Source: Eledone cirrhosa (Eukaryota). From it: DNA of 64,000 nt. Shown here piece after piece: positions 1 through 13,160 of this stretch. Made by a program: the position numbers and the translations under genes. Positions within the stretch are counted from its first letter, which is position 1. Every line of letters begins with the position of its first letter. The notes beneath the pieces are model-generated. The model was not told the DNA's origin, did not search any database, and worked only from the letters and a program-made list of their open reading frames with translations. The stretch covers positions 13,826,001 to 13,890,000 of the forward strand of contig OZ024749.1 of assembly GCA_964016885.1 (NCBI GenBank). Reading direction: 5' to 3'.

Positions 1-1290
1 TAGTTATCATACATTACACAGTAGTTATTATCATACATTACACAGTAGTTATCATACATTACACAGTAGTTATTATCATACATTACACAGGAGTTATCAT
101 ACATTACACAGTAGTTATCATACATTACACTTAGTTATCATACATTACACAGTAGTTATCATACATTACACAGTAGTTATCATACATTACACAGTAGTTA
201 TCATACATCACAAGTAGTTATCATACATTACACAGTAGTTATCATACATTACACAGTAGTTATCATACATCACACAGTAGTTATCATACATTACACAGTA
301 GTTATCATATATCACACAGTAGTTATCACACATTACACAGTAGTTATCACACATTACACAGTAGTTATCATACATTACACAGTAGTTATCATACATTACA
401 CAGTAGTTATCATACATTACACAGTAGTTATCACACATTACACAGTAGTTATCATACATTACACAGTAGTTATCATACATTACACAGTAGTTATTATCAT
501 ACATTACACAGTAGCTATCATACATTACACAGTAGTTATCATACATTACACAGTAGTTATCATACATTACACAGTAGTTATCATACATTACACAGTAGTT
601 ATTATCATACATTACACAGTAGTTATCATACATTACACAGTAGTTATTATCATACATTACACAGTAGTTATCATACATTACACAGTAGTTATCATACATT
701 ACACAGTAGTTATCATACATTACACAGTAGTTATCATACATTACACAGTAGTTATCATATATCACAGTAGTTATCATACATTACACAGTAGTTATCATAC
801 ATTACACAGTAGTTATCATACATTACACAGTAGTTATTATCATACATTACACAGTAGTTATCATACATTACACAGTAGTTATTATCATACATTACACAGG
901 AGTTATCATACATTACACAGTACTTATCATACATTACACAGTAGTTATCATACATTACACAGTAGTTATCATACATCACACAGTAGTTATCATACATCAC
1001 ACAGTAGTTATCATATATCACACAGTAGTTACAATACATTACACAGTAGCTATCATACATCACACAGTAGTTATCATATATCACACAGTAGTTACAATAC
1101 ATTACACTGTAGTTATCATACATTACACTTAGTTATCATACATTACACAGTAGTTATCATACATTACACAGTAGTTATCATACATAACACAGTGGTTATC
1201 ACACATTACACAGTAGTTATCATACATTACACAGTAGTTATCATACATTACACAGTGGTTATCATACATTACACAGTTATTGTCACACAT
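1..1290. repeat. 21-bp minisatellite (cacagtagttatcatacatta)n
   Basis: Direct inspection; explains the 7-aa periodic ORFs. Confidence 0.97.
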
Positions 1291-1582
1291 TATACATATA
1301 TCAGCTATCATATATAATACAGTAGGGGCCACACATTACACAGATATCTGCTATCACATATCCCATACAACATCGTGTGGCCACATCACACATATATCTA
1401 CTATCACATATTTCCCCTCGTTAGCAGGGGAAAATGAATGTAAAATGTTTGTGATGATGATAATGCCATGGTTAAAACTCCAACATTCATACAAATACCT
1501 CACTCTTCCCTTGAAGACGGACCCTCCTCATCACTCCCACCCCACCCCCTCTCTATACACGATAAGTCAAACATAAACAAAC

Positions 1583-1702
1583 CGTAGCCAGACTGGAACT
1601 GTCTTCTGCATTCTTTACATGTCGTATCTTCTCATGTAATAAGATGACATCTGTCTTTAGTTTATCCCGGCCAACTTTAGGGAGGAGTTGTTTACCCAGT
1701 AT
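1583..1702 (-). CDS. AARS2: AlaRS coding exon 19 (gene continues beyond window)
   Basis: ILGKQLLPKVGRDKLKTDVILLHEKIRHVKNAEDSSSLAT; polypyrimidine-cag acceptor, gtttgt donor, phase 0. Confidence 0.72.
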
Positions 1703-1860
1703 CTGGCGAGGACGAAGAAAAACATCAACGTATATATCAATTTTATATAATGACAAACATAAAAAAATATAACAAAACAAAGCAAAATATTATATAACTT
1801 GTGTATTATACATACATGATCTGTTATATACACCTGATGTAGTGTATACTGTCGATTAAA

Positions 1861-2015
1861 TAATTGTTTCTACTTTTGGCACAAGGCCACAATTACCCAG
1901 TACATTACAGGTACTTTATTTTATCGACCCCCGTAAGGATGAAAGGCAAAGTTTACCTCAGCGGGATTTGAACTCAGAATGGCAAGGGTCGTAACTCTAT
2001 GCATCAAAGCATATT
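1861..2015 (-). mobile_element. tRNA-derived SINE family A (partial)
   Basis: B-box gagttcaaatccc and conserved body ttgcctttcatccttacggggtcgataaaataaagtacc (resembles the MetaSINE central domain; inference). Confidence 0.75.
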
Positions 2016-2792
2016 GTCGATTAAATAAGGATATTCTGTTTACAATGAGCTTCTCAAACTGCTGAGACTCATTAAGGAAATAGTGAAAGAATGTGACAAG
2101 TGGAGAGATGTACTGAAGAAGATCCACCCAACTTGTGTGAGCAAGGGACAGCAGATGTACAATGATGGTGATGATGAATGGCACACTGGATACACTCACT
2201 CTCTCTCTCTCTCTGTCTATATATATTTAGACATTATAATACAATACAATACAATAGGAGGGAACATAATAATAGTACCACTGATGATGTTGCAGATGTG
2301 CAACAAAAGAACTTTGATTGACTATATATACATATTTATATCTGTATTTTTAACCGTTGGTCAATCAATGATAAACGTTGATTGCCAAATAAATCAACTA
2401 TGGAGATATAAAAGATACAGAAGCGAAAACCAACCAAACAGTGAGTGTGTTCTGTTATTATTTCTGGCAATATTATTACAACAATATGACCCTCCCCAAG
2501 TATAACAATAGGTATATATATATCATCATCATCATCATCATCATCAACGTTTAACGTCCGTGTTCCACGCTTGCATGGGTTTGGACGGGGGTATTCCCAC
2601 TTGAGGCAAGAGTGATTGTCTTGCTCGCATAGGACTGTCTGGCAGGTTTTCTACAGTTGGATGCCCTTCCTAACACCAACCACATTTACAGTGTGGGTCT
2701 GGGAGGTTTTTACCGTGTTGCCTACACGGCCACATTACAGCGTGGACTGTGTGTTTTTTGTTGTGACACCTACACGATCTCATTTGTTTCGT

Positions 2793-2849
<57 letters not shown>

Positions 2850-3302
2850 GATTGGTGCTCTGAAATAGCGATGTATACATGAATGTCTGTATTGTATATT
2901 TGGCAATATACTGTATGTTTAATTAAAAACATTTTGAAGATCTTGCGCTATCATTTTAAAGTAGTGACTATGTCACTTACTTCTTTTTTCGGCAAAGGAA
3001 TGGAGAGAAGCTGACAGATTCAGTTTCACACTGTTGATGATTCTCAAAGCAAAGAAGTAAGTGACATAGTCACTACTTTAAAATGATAGCGCAAGGTCTT
3101 CAAAATGTTTATGTAGACTCTTTATTTTACAACCCCTTCTGTTGTTAATGGCTCTATTATCTTTCACTTTTTTAAACAAGGTTCACTGATTAATCAATGA
3201 ATATAGTTTTACAATAGATTAGAAGCACTCAACAAGAGTTTTCTGGAGTTATTAATATTAATTCAAAATATTAATAAATATAGACATTTACGTAATCAAA
3301 AT

Positions 3303-3370
3303 ATATTTTATTATATATATTTCGGAGGTACTGTGTTGTTTTCTCAGTACTTCCTCATCAGATAAAATAT
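3303..3370 (-). ncRNA. Type I hammerhead ribozyme
   Basis: atattttat-CTGATGA-ggaagtactg..cagtacctcc-GAAA-tatata-TA-ataaaatat: 9-bp stem I, about 9-bp stem II, palindromic stem III. Confidence 0.82.
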
Positions 3371-3784
3371 ATAAATTGATATATAATAAAATATATTTTG
3401 ATTACGTGAATGTCAATATTTATTAATATTTTGAATTAATATATATATATATATATATTTATCCAGGGAATGTAACGTGATGTTACTGTAGGTTCACCCA
3501 GGTGAGCACCCGATGTTTAGGTTCACGTCAGTGGCGAGGAGTAGAACTAGACAGAGTGTAATATAATAATACAAGTATGATTTGTTAAGCCTTCATTACG
3601 TTTATTGATTGGTGACGCGCGTTTCGCTATAGATCAGCTGTTGTAATGACAGAATGAACATATCTTCATTCTGTCATTACAACAGCAGAGGTCCGACGAG
3701 CTTTTGATTCCAGATCGAACCTTGAGCTGATCAATAGCATAACGCACGTCACCAATCAATAAACATTACGAAGGCTTAACAAAA

Positions 3785-3816
<32 letters not shown>

Positions 3817-3817
3817 C

Positions 3818-3859
<42 letters not shown>

Positions 3860-3861
<2 letters not shown>

Positions 3862-4105
3862 CACATGGCTTAGTGGTTAGAGCATTGGCCTTGCAATCGA
3901 AAGGTTGTGAGTTCAATTCTCAGACCGGGTGATGTGTTGTTTCCTTGAGCAAGACATTATTTCACATTGCTCCAGTTTACTCAGCTATAGAAATGAGATG
4001 ATAGGGACTGGGGTGAAATGATAGGGACTGGGGTCCCTATCATTCCACTGCAAAGTGGTCGTGGAGGTGCCACGGCAAAAAAGCACCCACCACTCACTGT
4101 AAATG
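3860..4105 (+). mobile_element. tRNA-derived SINE family B (other copies 30412-30560 plus, 36005-36333 minus)
   Basis: tggcttagtggttagagc A-box, gagttcaattc B-box, CORE-like ccttgagcaagaca...ttgctcca. Confidence 0.72.
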
Positions 4106-4780
4106 AGGCTCCCCGAAATATGTATAATGAAATAAATATGGTTTTATAAATATAGTTTCCATTTGTTTAATATCGTATATATAAATATGAGAGACGTAAA
4201 ATAAGAAAATTATAAAAATTAACTTACTTACTAAAATTTCACTCCAACTAATTAGTTTCTGAAAGGGAATAAACATAGTTTCCAAAGAAACATACGGAGA
4301 AGCCTTTCGTCATCAGGGAAGTCTATTCTCAGCTAAGTTTCCAGGCAATACGTGGACACAGGGAACTTATACAAAAATAATTCAGTGGAATTGTTCTGCA
4401 TCCCCATGCATTGAACCACAAAGTTACTAAGACAAAACCTATATATTTGCTGGCATAGGTATGCATCTGTATATATATGTTAGTAGATATACTAATTCTT
4501 TATAATTATCTCCAAATTATTTTGTCGAGCCAAAATTGGCCAAAACTGCTACTATAGTTCATAGTAACAGTCCGGTTGCTGCCTTCTTAACAAACCACTC
4601 TTCACTGATTGACCTCGATGTCACGTGATTGATTCTTTTGAATTTGCCACCGACGCAGTAGGCAGTGATTTTTTCAATGGCTTGGAACTTAGTCCACGCT
4701 TTGCTTTTTTCCATCCACTGAATTATTTTTGTATAAGTTCCCTGTGTCCACGTATTGCCTGGAAACTTAGCTGAGAATAG

Positions 4781-4862
4781 ACTTCCCTGATGACGAAAGG
4801 CTTCTCCGTATGTTTCTTTGGAAACTATGTTTATTCCCTTTCAGAAACTAATTAGTTGGAGT
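4781..4862 (+). ncRNA. Type I hammerhead ribozyme
   Basis: acttcc-CTGATGA-cgaaagg...cctttca-GAAA-ctaattag-TT-ggagt. Inverted identical copy at 4241-4322 (minus). Confidence 0.72.
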
Positions 4863-5027
4863 GAAATTTTAGTAAGTAAGTTAATTTTTATAATTTTCTT
4901 ATTTTACGTCTCTCATATTATTGTTCTGCATCCCCATGCATTGAACCACAAAGTTACTAAGACGAAACCTATATATTTGCTGGCATAGGTATGCATCTGT
5001 ATATATATGTTAGCAGATATACTAATT

Positions 5028-5101
<74 letters not shown>

Positions 5102-5783
5102 TTACACACATTTATAATTAACAATGGTTTTCTGAAGGCTTTCAGAAAGAAGCCCCAGTTAAATAAGCTACTCAATACATTAGGAGAGAAGATGCATATT
5201 TATTTTATATAGAAATGACTTCTACAGGACTAAAATTGTTTCAGTTGTATGAAATCATCATACCTGGAGGATTACAGATTTACAGGTGATAACCAAAAGG
5301 CTTGATCTGCACAGGTGATAACTAGAGAGACTGTAAATGTGGTTGGCATTATGAAGGATATCCAGCCGTAGAAACCAAACCAGAAACAGTTCTGTATGAG
5401 TGAGACACAGTCATTGATCTGGCCTGTCTCACAATGGTACAACTTGTCTAACCCATGCGAGCAGGGAAAAATGGAAAAATGGACATTAAATAGTGAAGAT
5501 GATGATGTTGATGAACTACAGCTCCACAGGTGATAACTGGAAAGGAGATACAGCTTCACAGTAATCATTGATTGGGTGGATGTTACAGATGCAAAGGTGA
5601 TCACTGTTGCCATGGATGATAATTGAGAAAGAGAAAGGATGGCATAGATCCATCAATTACTTCTATATAGATATCACCCCTCATCACACCAAGAGTTATC
5701 TATAATAAAATAGTAGAGTGTGATAAATATATCCATCCCATATACCCAGCTGGGTACCTAGAGTCTCAGATAAACAACCTTAC

Positions 5784-5894
5784 CGTGTAGATTTTCTTCA
5801 CCTCTTGTTCCAAAACATCTCCATTTTCCTTGATTGCAACAGAAATCTTCAATTCTTCAAACAGTTTTTGGACTTCAGCTAAGTTCCTGATGGC
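5784..5894 (-). CDS. AARS2: AlaRS coding exon 18
   Basis: AIRNLAEVQKLFEELKISVAIKENGDVLEQEVKKIYT (helical); gtag/gtaagg, phase 0. Confidence 0.8.
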
Positions 5895-5989
5895 CTACAA
5901 AGGTACATTGTAGTTATATATTAGTGGTTATAGGTTAGTGTTTTTACCACACACACCACTAGTAAGTTATAAGTAGGTACCTGTGTATC

Positions 5990-7892
5990 TTGTAATACTT
6001 CAGACTAGTTAGTAATGGTCTACAAACACAACCAACTCTACAGAGGTACCACAGAGTACCATACTAGTTAGTGCTAGCCTATAACCACAGCCAGTTCTAC
6101 AGAGGTACCACAGCCAGTTCTACAGAGGTACCACAGGGTACCATACTAATTAGTGATGTTCTTCAACTACAACCAACTCTTCATAGGTACCATAGAGTAC
6201 CAGACTAGATAGTGATAGCCTACAACCACAGCCAGCTTGACAGAAGTAACCACCCGGTACCAGATACATTGGTGATTGTCTATGTCCAGAGCCAGCTCTA
6301 CAGAGGTACAGCATGAAAACAAAGTTAGTGATGGTCTATAAAGACAGTCGTTCTACAGAAGTACCACGGGGTACAAGATCAGTTAGTTGTAGTCTACAAA
6401 GACAGTCAGTTCTACAGAAGTACCACGGGGTACAAGATAAGTTAGTGATGGTCTACAAAGACAGTCAGTTCTACAGAAGTACCATGGGGTACAAGATAAG
6501 TTAGTGGGGGTCTACAAAGACAGTCAGTTCTACAGAAGTACCATGGGGTACAAGATAAGTTAGTGATGGTCTACAAAGACAGTCAGTTCTACAGAAGTAC
6601 CATGGGGTACAAGATAAGTTAGTGATGGTCTACAAAGACAGTCAGTTCTACAGAAGTACCATGGGGTACAAGATAAGTTAGTGGGGGTCTACAAACACAA
6701 TCAGTTTTACAGAAGTACCATGGGGTACAAGATAAGTTAGTGATGGTCTACAAAGACAGTCAGTTCTACAGAAGTACCATGGGGTACAAGATAAGTTAGT
6801 GATGGTCTACAAAGACAGTCAGTTCTACAGAAGTACCATGGGGTACAAGATAAGTTAGTGGGGGTCTACAAACACAATCAGTTTTACAGAAGTACCATGG
6901 AGTACAAGATAAGTTAGTGGTGGTCTACAAAGACAGTCAGTTCTACAGAAGTACCATGGGGTACAAGATAAGTTAGTGATGGTCTACAAAGACAGTCAGT
7001 TTTACAGAAGTACCATGGGGTACAAGATAAGTTAGTGGTGGTCTACAAAGACAGTCAGTTCTACAGAAGTACCATGGGGTACAAGATAAGTTAGTGATGG
7101 TCTATAAAGACAGTCAGTTCTACAGAAGTACCATGGGGTACAACATAAGTTAGTGGTGGTCTACAAAGACAGTCAGTTCTACAGAAGTACCATGGGGTAC
7201 AAGATAAGTTAGTGATGGTCTACAAAGACAGTCAGTTCTACAGAAGTACCATGGGGTACAACATAAGTTAGTGGTGGTCTACAAAGACAGTCAGTTCTAC
7301 AGAAGTGCCATGGGGTACAAGATAAGTTAGTGGTGGTCTACAAAGACAGTCAGTTCTACAGAAGTGCCATGGGGTACAAGATAAGTTAGTGATGGTCTAC
7401 AAAGACAGTCAGTTCTACAGAAGTACCATGGGGTACAACATAAGTTAGTGGTGGTCTACAAAGACAGTCAGTTCTACAGAAGTGCCATGGGGTACAAGAT
7501 AAGTTAGTGGTGGTCTACAAAGACAGTCAGTTCTACAGAAGTGCCATGGGGTACAAGATAAGTTAGTGGTGGTCTACAAAGACAGTCAGTTCTACAGAAG
7601 TGCCATGGGGTACAAGATAAGTTAGTGATGGTCTACAAAGACAGTCAGTTCTACAGAAGTACCATGGGGTACAAGATAAGTTAGTTGTAGTCTACAAACA
7701 CAGTCAGTTCTACAGAAGTACCATGTGGTACAAGATAAGTTAGTTGTAGTCTACAAAACACAGTCAGTTCTACAGAAGTACCATGGGGTACAAGATAAGT
7801 TAGTGATGGTCTACAAAGACAGTCAGTTCTACAGAAGTACCATGTGGTACAAGATAAGTTAGTGATGGTCTACAAAGACAGTCAGTTCTACA
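5990..7892. repeat. 59-bp minisatellite
   Basis: agtcagttctacagaagtaccatggggtacaagataagttagtgatggtctacaaagac; homogeneous from about 6400, diverged units on the left. Confidence 0.96.
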
Positions 7893-8029
7893 AGATATCA
7901 GACAAGTCCAGGATTGAACCCACAATCTTACAATCATGAGACCAACAACCTAACCACTATAAGTTGCACTTAATAGAGAATTTCATACACGCTTTATGCA
8001 AGTGACACTGAATACGTAAGATCATGTAT

Positions 8030-8300
8030 ATTTCACTCAATTTACTCTCAACAAAGTAGGTGATATACTCTTTATTCAAGTCACACTCAACAAAATAGGG
8101 CATAAACACTTTACTCAAGTGACACTTTCACACAATACATAAAATCATATACACTTCACTCAAGTTACACTCAATACATAAGGTCATGTAGACTTCACTC
8201 AAGTTACACTTGATATATAAGGCCATATAGACTTCACTCAAGTTACACTTAATATATAAGGTCATATACACTTCACTCAAGTTACACTCAGTATATATAG
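8030..8300. repeat. ~39-bp diverged minisatellite
   Basis: Recurring cttcactcaagttacact. Confidence 0.8.
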
Positions 8301-8319
8301 TCGTACATATTTTACTCAC

Positions 8320-8428
8320 ATCTTGAGCCAATTTTCCAGTAACACATGTCATTCGTTTCGTGGTGTGTGACACTCCAGAGAAGTTAGTGATGATAAATTG
8401 ACTGATATCTCTTGTGTTGTGGACATGA
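8320..8428 (-). CDS. AARS2: AlaRS coding exon 17
   Basis: HVHNTRDISQFIITNFSGVSHTTKRMTCVTGKLAQD; completes CTGTH across the junction; ccag/gtgagt. Confidence 0.9.
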
Positions 8429-8640
8429 CTGGAGATAAAAGGATAAAATAAAGTAAGATACCAGTGATATACTGGGGAAAGGGTGGCTTAAACTGACTGA
8501 TATCTCTTGTGTTGTGGACATGACTGGAGATAAAAGGGTAAAATATAGTGAGATACTGAGGAGAGAGTGGCTTAAACTGACTGATATCCCTTGTGTTGAA
8601 GACATGACTGGAGATAAAAGGATAAAATATAGTAAAATAC
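8397..8640 (-). repeat. Triplicated acceptor + 5' end of exon 17
   Basis: actgatatctcttgtgttgtggacatgactggagataaaagg three times, spacings 95 and 84 nt. Confidence 0.88.
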
Positions 8641-9432
8641 CCCATCAAAATACCAGTGATATGCTGAGGTTTCCTTAAACTGACTGGAGACTGTACTGTC
8701 ATGGGGACCCCTCCTGGATTAAGGTCCTTGAAGCTTGTGCTGTTAGGAAGATTTGTTTAGAGATCCTTCAGGATTAGAGGCCCAAACGCTGATAATTGTA
8801 CTTTTATAGGAAAACCTCCTGAAATTTGTAATGTCATGAGGATCTGGCTGGGGAACCATTCAGGAACAGAAGCCCTAAAGATTGTATTTTTATGAGGATC
8901 TGTCAGGGAATCCCTTCAGGAATAGAAGCCCTAAAAATTGTACACTGTTATGTGAACCTCTCCAGGACTTGGGGTCTTGAAGTTTGAACTTTTATGGGGG
9001 ACCCTTTTATGGGATTAAGAGCCAGAACAATTACTGCAAGGGTTTATCTGACATTATAACGGATTTATAATCTATTGTCCGCTTAACAATAACAAGAACA
9101 TTGAATACTGTCTGTAGGGTAAACTGTTCTGTAGTGGGAATTAGATGGGAGACCCTCATTAGTTGAAGGTCTGGCTGTGGAGTAAGGGTCAGGTCCATAG
9201 CCTGGATTGGTAAACTTCATCATTATCATCATCAATTTTACATTCACTCTTCCATGCCGGCATGATTCGAACAGGATATTCTGAGACAATGTTTTACAGC
9301 TGGATGCCCTCCCTGATGCCAACCCTTTTAGTCACCCCTTACATAATACAGGGATACAGTGTGCCTATTCTGAAAACTGGGATATCACATGGTATCAAGC
9401 AGTGAGAGAGAAATTTAAACTTCTATACTTAC

Positions 9433-9542
9433 GTGCCTGTACAGAGTTCCTGTGAATATTTAGATTGTACAGAGTGAGGAACTGCCCTTAGTTTATTGAT
9501 GGGCAGGCCCACACTGATGAGGTAGACAGAGTCAGGGTATAC
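9433..9542 (-). CDS. AARS2: AlaRS coding exon 16 (editing domain ELCxGT)
   Basis: Hand translation VYPDSVYLISVGLPINKLRAVPHSVQSKYSQELCTGT; tcag/gtaagt. Confidence 0.92.
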
Positions 9543-10029
9543 CTGAAATAAAGTAATAATAATTTCAGACCTGGGCTAACATTACTATATGTTGGGTAAA
9601 CAGAAGACTAATACAGGGGCTGTCAATGTTGAGTAAACCTCAAGTAGGGCAATTAAATTGACAAATTGAAAAACAGGCAACCCTACAGCAAGGGCACTTA
9701 TATCGACAAATCAAACATGGGCAGCTCCACACTGGGTAAACATGAAGTAGGGCAATTATATTGAGAACTTAAAACATGAGCAGCCTCACACTGGGTAAAC
9801 ATGAAGTAGGGCAATTATATTGAGAACTTAAAACATGGGCAGCCCCATACTGGGTAAAGATGAAACAGGTCAGTTATAATTTCAAATTATAACATGGGCA
9901 CCCCCACTCATGGTAAACCGGAAGCAGAGTAAACTTGAAACAGCAATTATATCTATCGACAAATTAAAATACAAGCAGCCCCACACTAGGTAAGGAGAGA
10001 CCCCAGATAGATAGAATTGCTAAACTATG

Positions 10030-12440
10030 GTTGACCTGGGGTTCAACAACACCAACCAGTAGAGTGACCAATGAAGACAAACCAGGGCTGACCAGGGTCT
10101 AAACAACACTAACCAGTAAAGTGACCAGTCAATACAGTTTAGTTGACCAATGAGGGCTGACCAAGGTCTAAACAACACCAACCAGTAGAGTTTAGTTGAC
10201 CAATGAGGGCTGACCAAGGTCTAAACAACACCAACCAGTAGAGTTTAGTTGACCAATGAGGGCTGACCAAGGTCTAAACAACACCAACTAGTAGAGTTTA
10301 ATTGACCAATGAGGGCTGACCAAGGTCTAAACAACACCAACCAGTAGAGTTTAGTTGACCAATGGGGGCTGACCAAGGTCTAAACAACACCAACTAGTAG
10401 AGTTTAATTGACCAATGAGGGCTGACCAAGGTCTAAACAACACCAACCAGTAGAGTTTAATTGACCAATGAGGGCTGACCAAGGTCTAAACAACACCAAC
10501 TAGTAGAGTTTAATTGACCAATGAGGGCTGACCAAGGTCTAAACAACACCAACCAGTAGAGTTTAGTTGACCAATGAGGGCTGACCAAGGTCTAAACAAC
10601 ACCAACCAGTAGAGTTTAGTTGACCAATGGGGGCTGACCAAGGTCTAAACAACACCAACCAGTAGAGTTTAGTTGACCAATGAGGGCTGACCAAGGTCTA
10701 AACAACACCAACCAGTAGAGTTTAGTTGACCAATGAGGGCTGACCAAGGTCTAAACAACACCAACCAGTAGAGTTTAGTTGACCAATGAGGGCTGACCAA
10801 GGTCTAAACAACACCAACTAGTAGAGTTTAATTGACCAATGAGGGCTGACCAAGGTCTAAACAACACCAACCAGTAGAGTTTAGTTGACCAATGGGGGCT
10901 GACCAAGGTCTAAACAACACCAACCAGTAGAGTTTAGTTGACCAATGAGGGCTGACCAAGGTCTAAACAACACCAACCAGTAGAGTTTAGTTGACCAATG
11001 AGGGCTGACCAAGGTCTAAACAACACCAACCAGTAGAGTTTAATTGACCAATGAGGGCTGACCAAGGTCTAAACAACACCAACCAGTAGAGTTTAGTTGA
11101 CCAATGAGGGCTGACCAAGGTCTAAACAACACCAACCAGTAGAGTTTAGTTGACCAATGAGGGCTGACCAAGGTCTAAACAACACCAACTAGTAGAGTTT
11201 AGTTGACCAATGAGGGCTGACCAAGGTCTAAACAACACCAACTAGTAGAGTTTAATTACCAATGAGGGCTGACCAAGGTCTAAACAACACCAACCAGTAG
11301 AGTTTAATTGACCAATGAGGGCTGACCAAGGTCTAAACAACACCAACTAGTAGAGTTTAATTGACCAATGAGGGCTGACCAAGGTCTAAACAACACCAAC
11401 CAGTAGAGTTTAGTTGACCAATGAGGGCTGACCAAGGTCTAAACAACACCAACCAGTAGAGTTTAGTTGACCAATGAGGGCTGACCAAGGTCTAAACAAC
11501 ACCAACTAGTAGAGTTTAATTGACCAATGAGGGCTGACCAAGGTCTAAACAACACCAACCAGTAGAGTTTAGTTGACCAATGGGGGCTGACCAAGGTCTA
11601 AACAACACCAACCAGTAGAGTTTAGTTGACCAATGGGGGCTGACCAAGGTCTAAACAACACCAACTAGTAGAGTTTAATTGACCAATGAGGGCTGACCAA
11701 GGTCTAAACAACACCAACCAGTAGAGTTTAATTGACCAATGAGGGCTGACCAAGGTCTAAACAACACCAACTAGTAGAGTTTAATTGACCAATGAGGGCT
11801 GACCAAGGTCTAAACAACACCAACCAGTAGAGTTTAGTTGACCAATGAGGGCTGACCAAGGTCTAAACAACACCAACCAGTAGAGTTTAGTTGACCAATG
11901 AGGGCTGACCAAGGTCTAAACAACACCAACCAGTAGAGTTTAGTTGACCAATGGGGGCTGACCAAGGTCTAAACAACACCAACCAGTAGAGTTTAGTTGA
12001 CCAATGGGGGCTGACCAAGGTCTAAACAACACCAACCAGTAGAGTTTAGTTGACCAATGAGGGCTGACCAAGGTCTAAACAACACCAACCAGTAGAGTTT
12101 AGTTGACCAATGGGGGCTGACCAAGGTCTAAACAACACCAACCAGTAGAGTTTAGTTGACCAATGAGGGCTGACCAAGGTCTAAACAACACCAACCAGTA
12201 GAGTTTAGTTGACCAATGAGGGCTGACCAAGGTCTAAACAACACCAACCAGTAGAGTTTAGTTGACCAATGGGGGCTGACCAAGGTCTAAACAACACCAA
12301 CCAGTAGAGTTTAGTTGACCAATGGGGGCTGACCAAGGTCTAAACAACACCAACCAGTAGAGTTTAGTTGACCAATGGGGGCTGACCAAGGTCTAAACAA
12401 CACCAACCAGTAGAGTTTAGTTGACCAATGAAGACAGACC
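10030..12440. repeat. 53-bp minisatellite
   Basis: ccaatgagggctgaccaaggtctaaacaacaccaaccagtagagtttagttga, more than 40 copies. Confidence 0.97.
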
Positions 12441-12453
12441 AATTGTAACTTAC

Positions 12454-12594
12454 TTCATTAGTGTTCTTGGTGACAGAGTCTAATGCCATAGCTTCAGTTA
12501 TACTAATTTCCTCTCGGTAGACTGGTAACTGTTCACTTATTGCAGATTGTACCATTCTTTCAACTTTACCAAGCTTCTCAGCAGACATATCTTC
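12454..12594 (-). CDS. AARS2: AlaRS coding exon 15
   Basis: EDMSAEKLGKVERMVQSAISEQLPVYREEISITEAMALDSVTKNTNE; acag/gtaagt. Confidence 0.9.
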
Positions 12595-12685
12595 CTGTAA
12601 GAAATGGTGGAAATATTATATAATAATCATCATCCTCTCATCATCACTGTTTAGCATCCATTTTGCCTTCCTTGAGAGAATATGT

Positions 12686-12737
<52 letters not shown>

Positions 12738-13160
12738 TCATGTATTCATTAAACTATAATATATATTTATACACACAAATACATATATATTACTTTCCAA
12801 TCACAAGGTCCAGGGTTCTAATCCTATATTTGTCTCTGTAAAAAGTTATTTCTCCTAACTTACTCATACATTTATCCCTGTATGTCATCTACCCATATAT
12901 GCTGAACATTTATATAATTATATTCTAGAAATATATCATTAAAATATCATTTTCACCTTTAATAATTTCTATGTGTCAGTAGTCAACATAAACTATAGGG
13001 TTTCTCTTATGTAAATAACTAAATTATGAAAATATGAATGTCTAAATTTGGAGATGATTCTTCCTGTATCCAGTAATCCAGGTAAATTCTACATATCAAA
13101 TCTAGACTCTAAAAACTGAATACATTCAATACTATTGCTGTCATTATTGATTTGGTCACC

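Noticed and set aside
208-1332. YDNYCVM-repeat ORFs
   Set aside because: Translation of a 21-bp minisatellite.
2045-2180. Possible extra AARS2 exon (YISPLVTFFHY...)
   Set aside because: The plus strand matches a decayed RTE 3' end (DKWRDVLKKIHPT + gatgat tail), and it has no AlaRS similarity.
3495-3545. Possible minus-strand hammerhead (ctgacgt...gaacctacagta)
   Set aside because: Both core boxes deviate and stems are unconvincing.
3860-3930. tRNA gene
   Set aside because: A/B boxes continue into a repeated SINE body; no proper acceptor stem.
13050-13120. C/D-box snoRNA-like gatgat...ctga
   Set aside because: It is antisense to the host gene, has no terminal stem, and such motifs are expected by chance.
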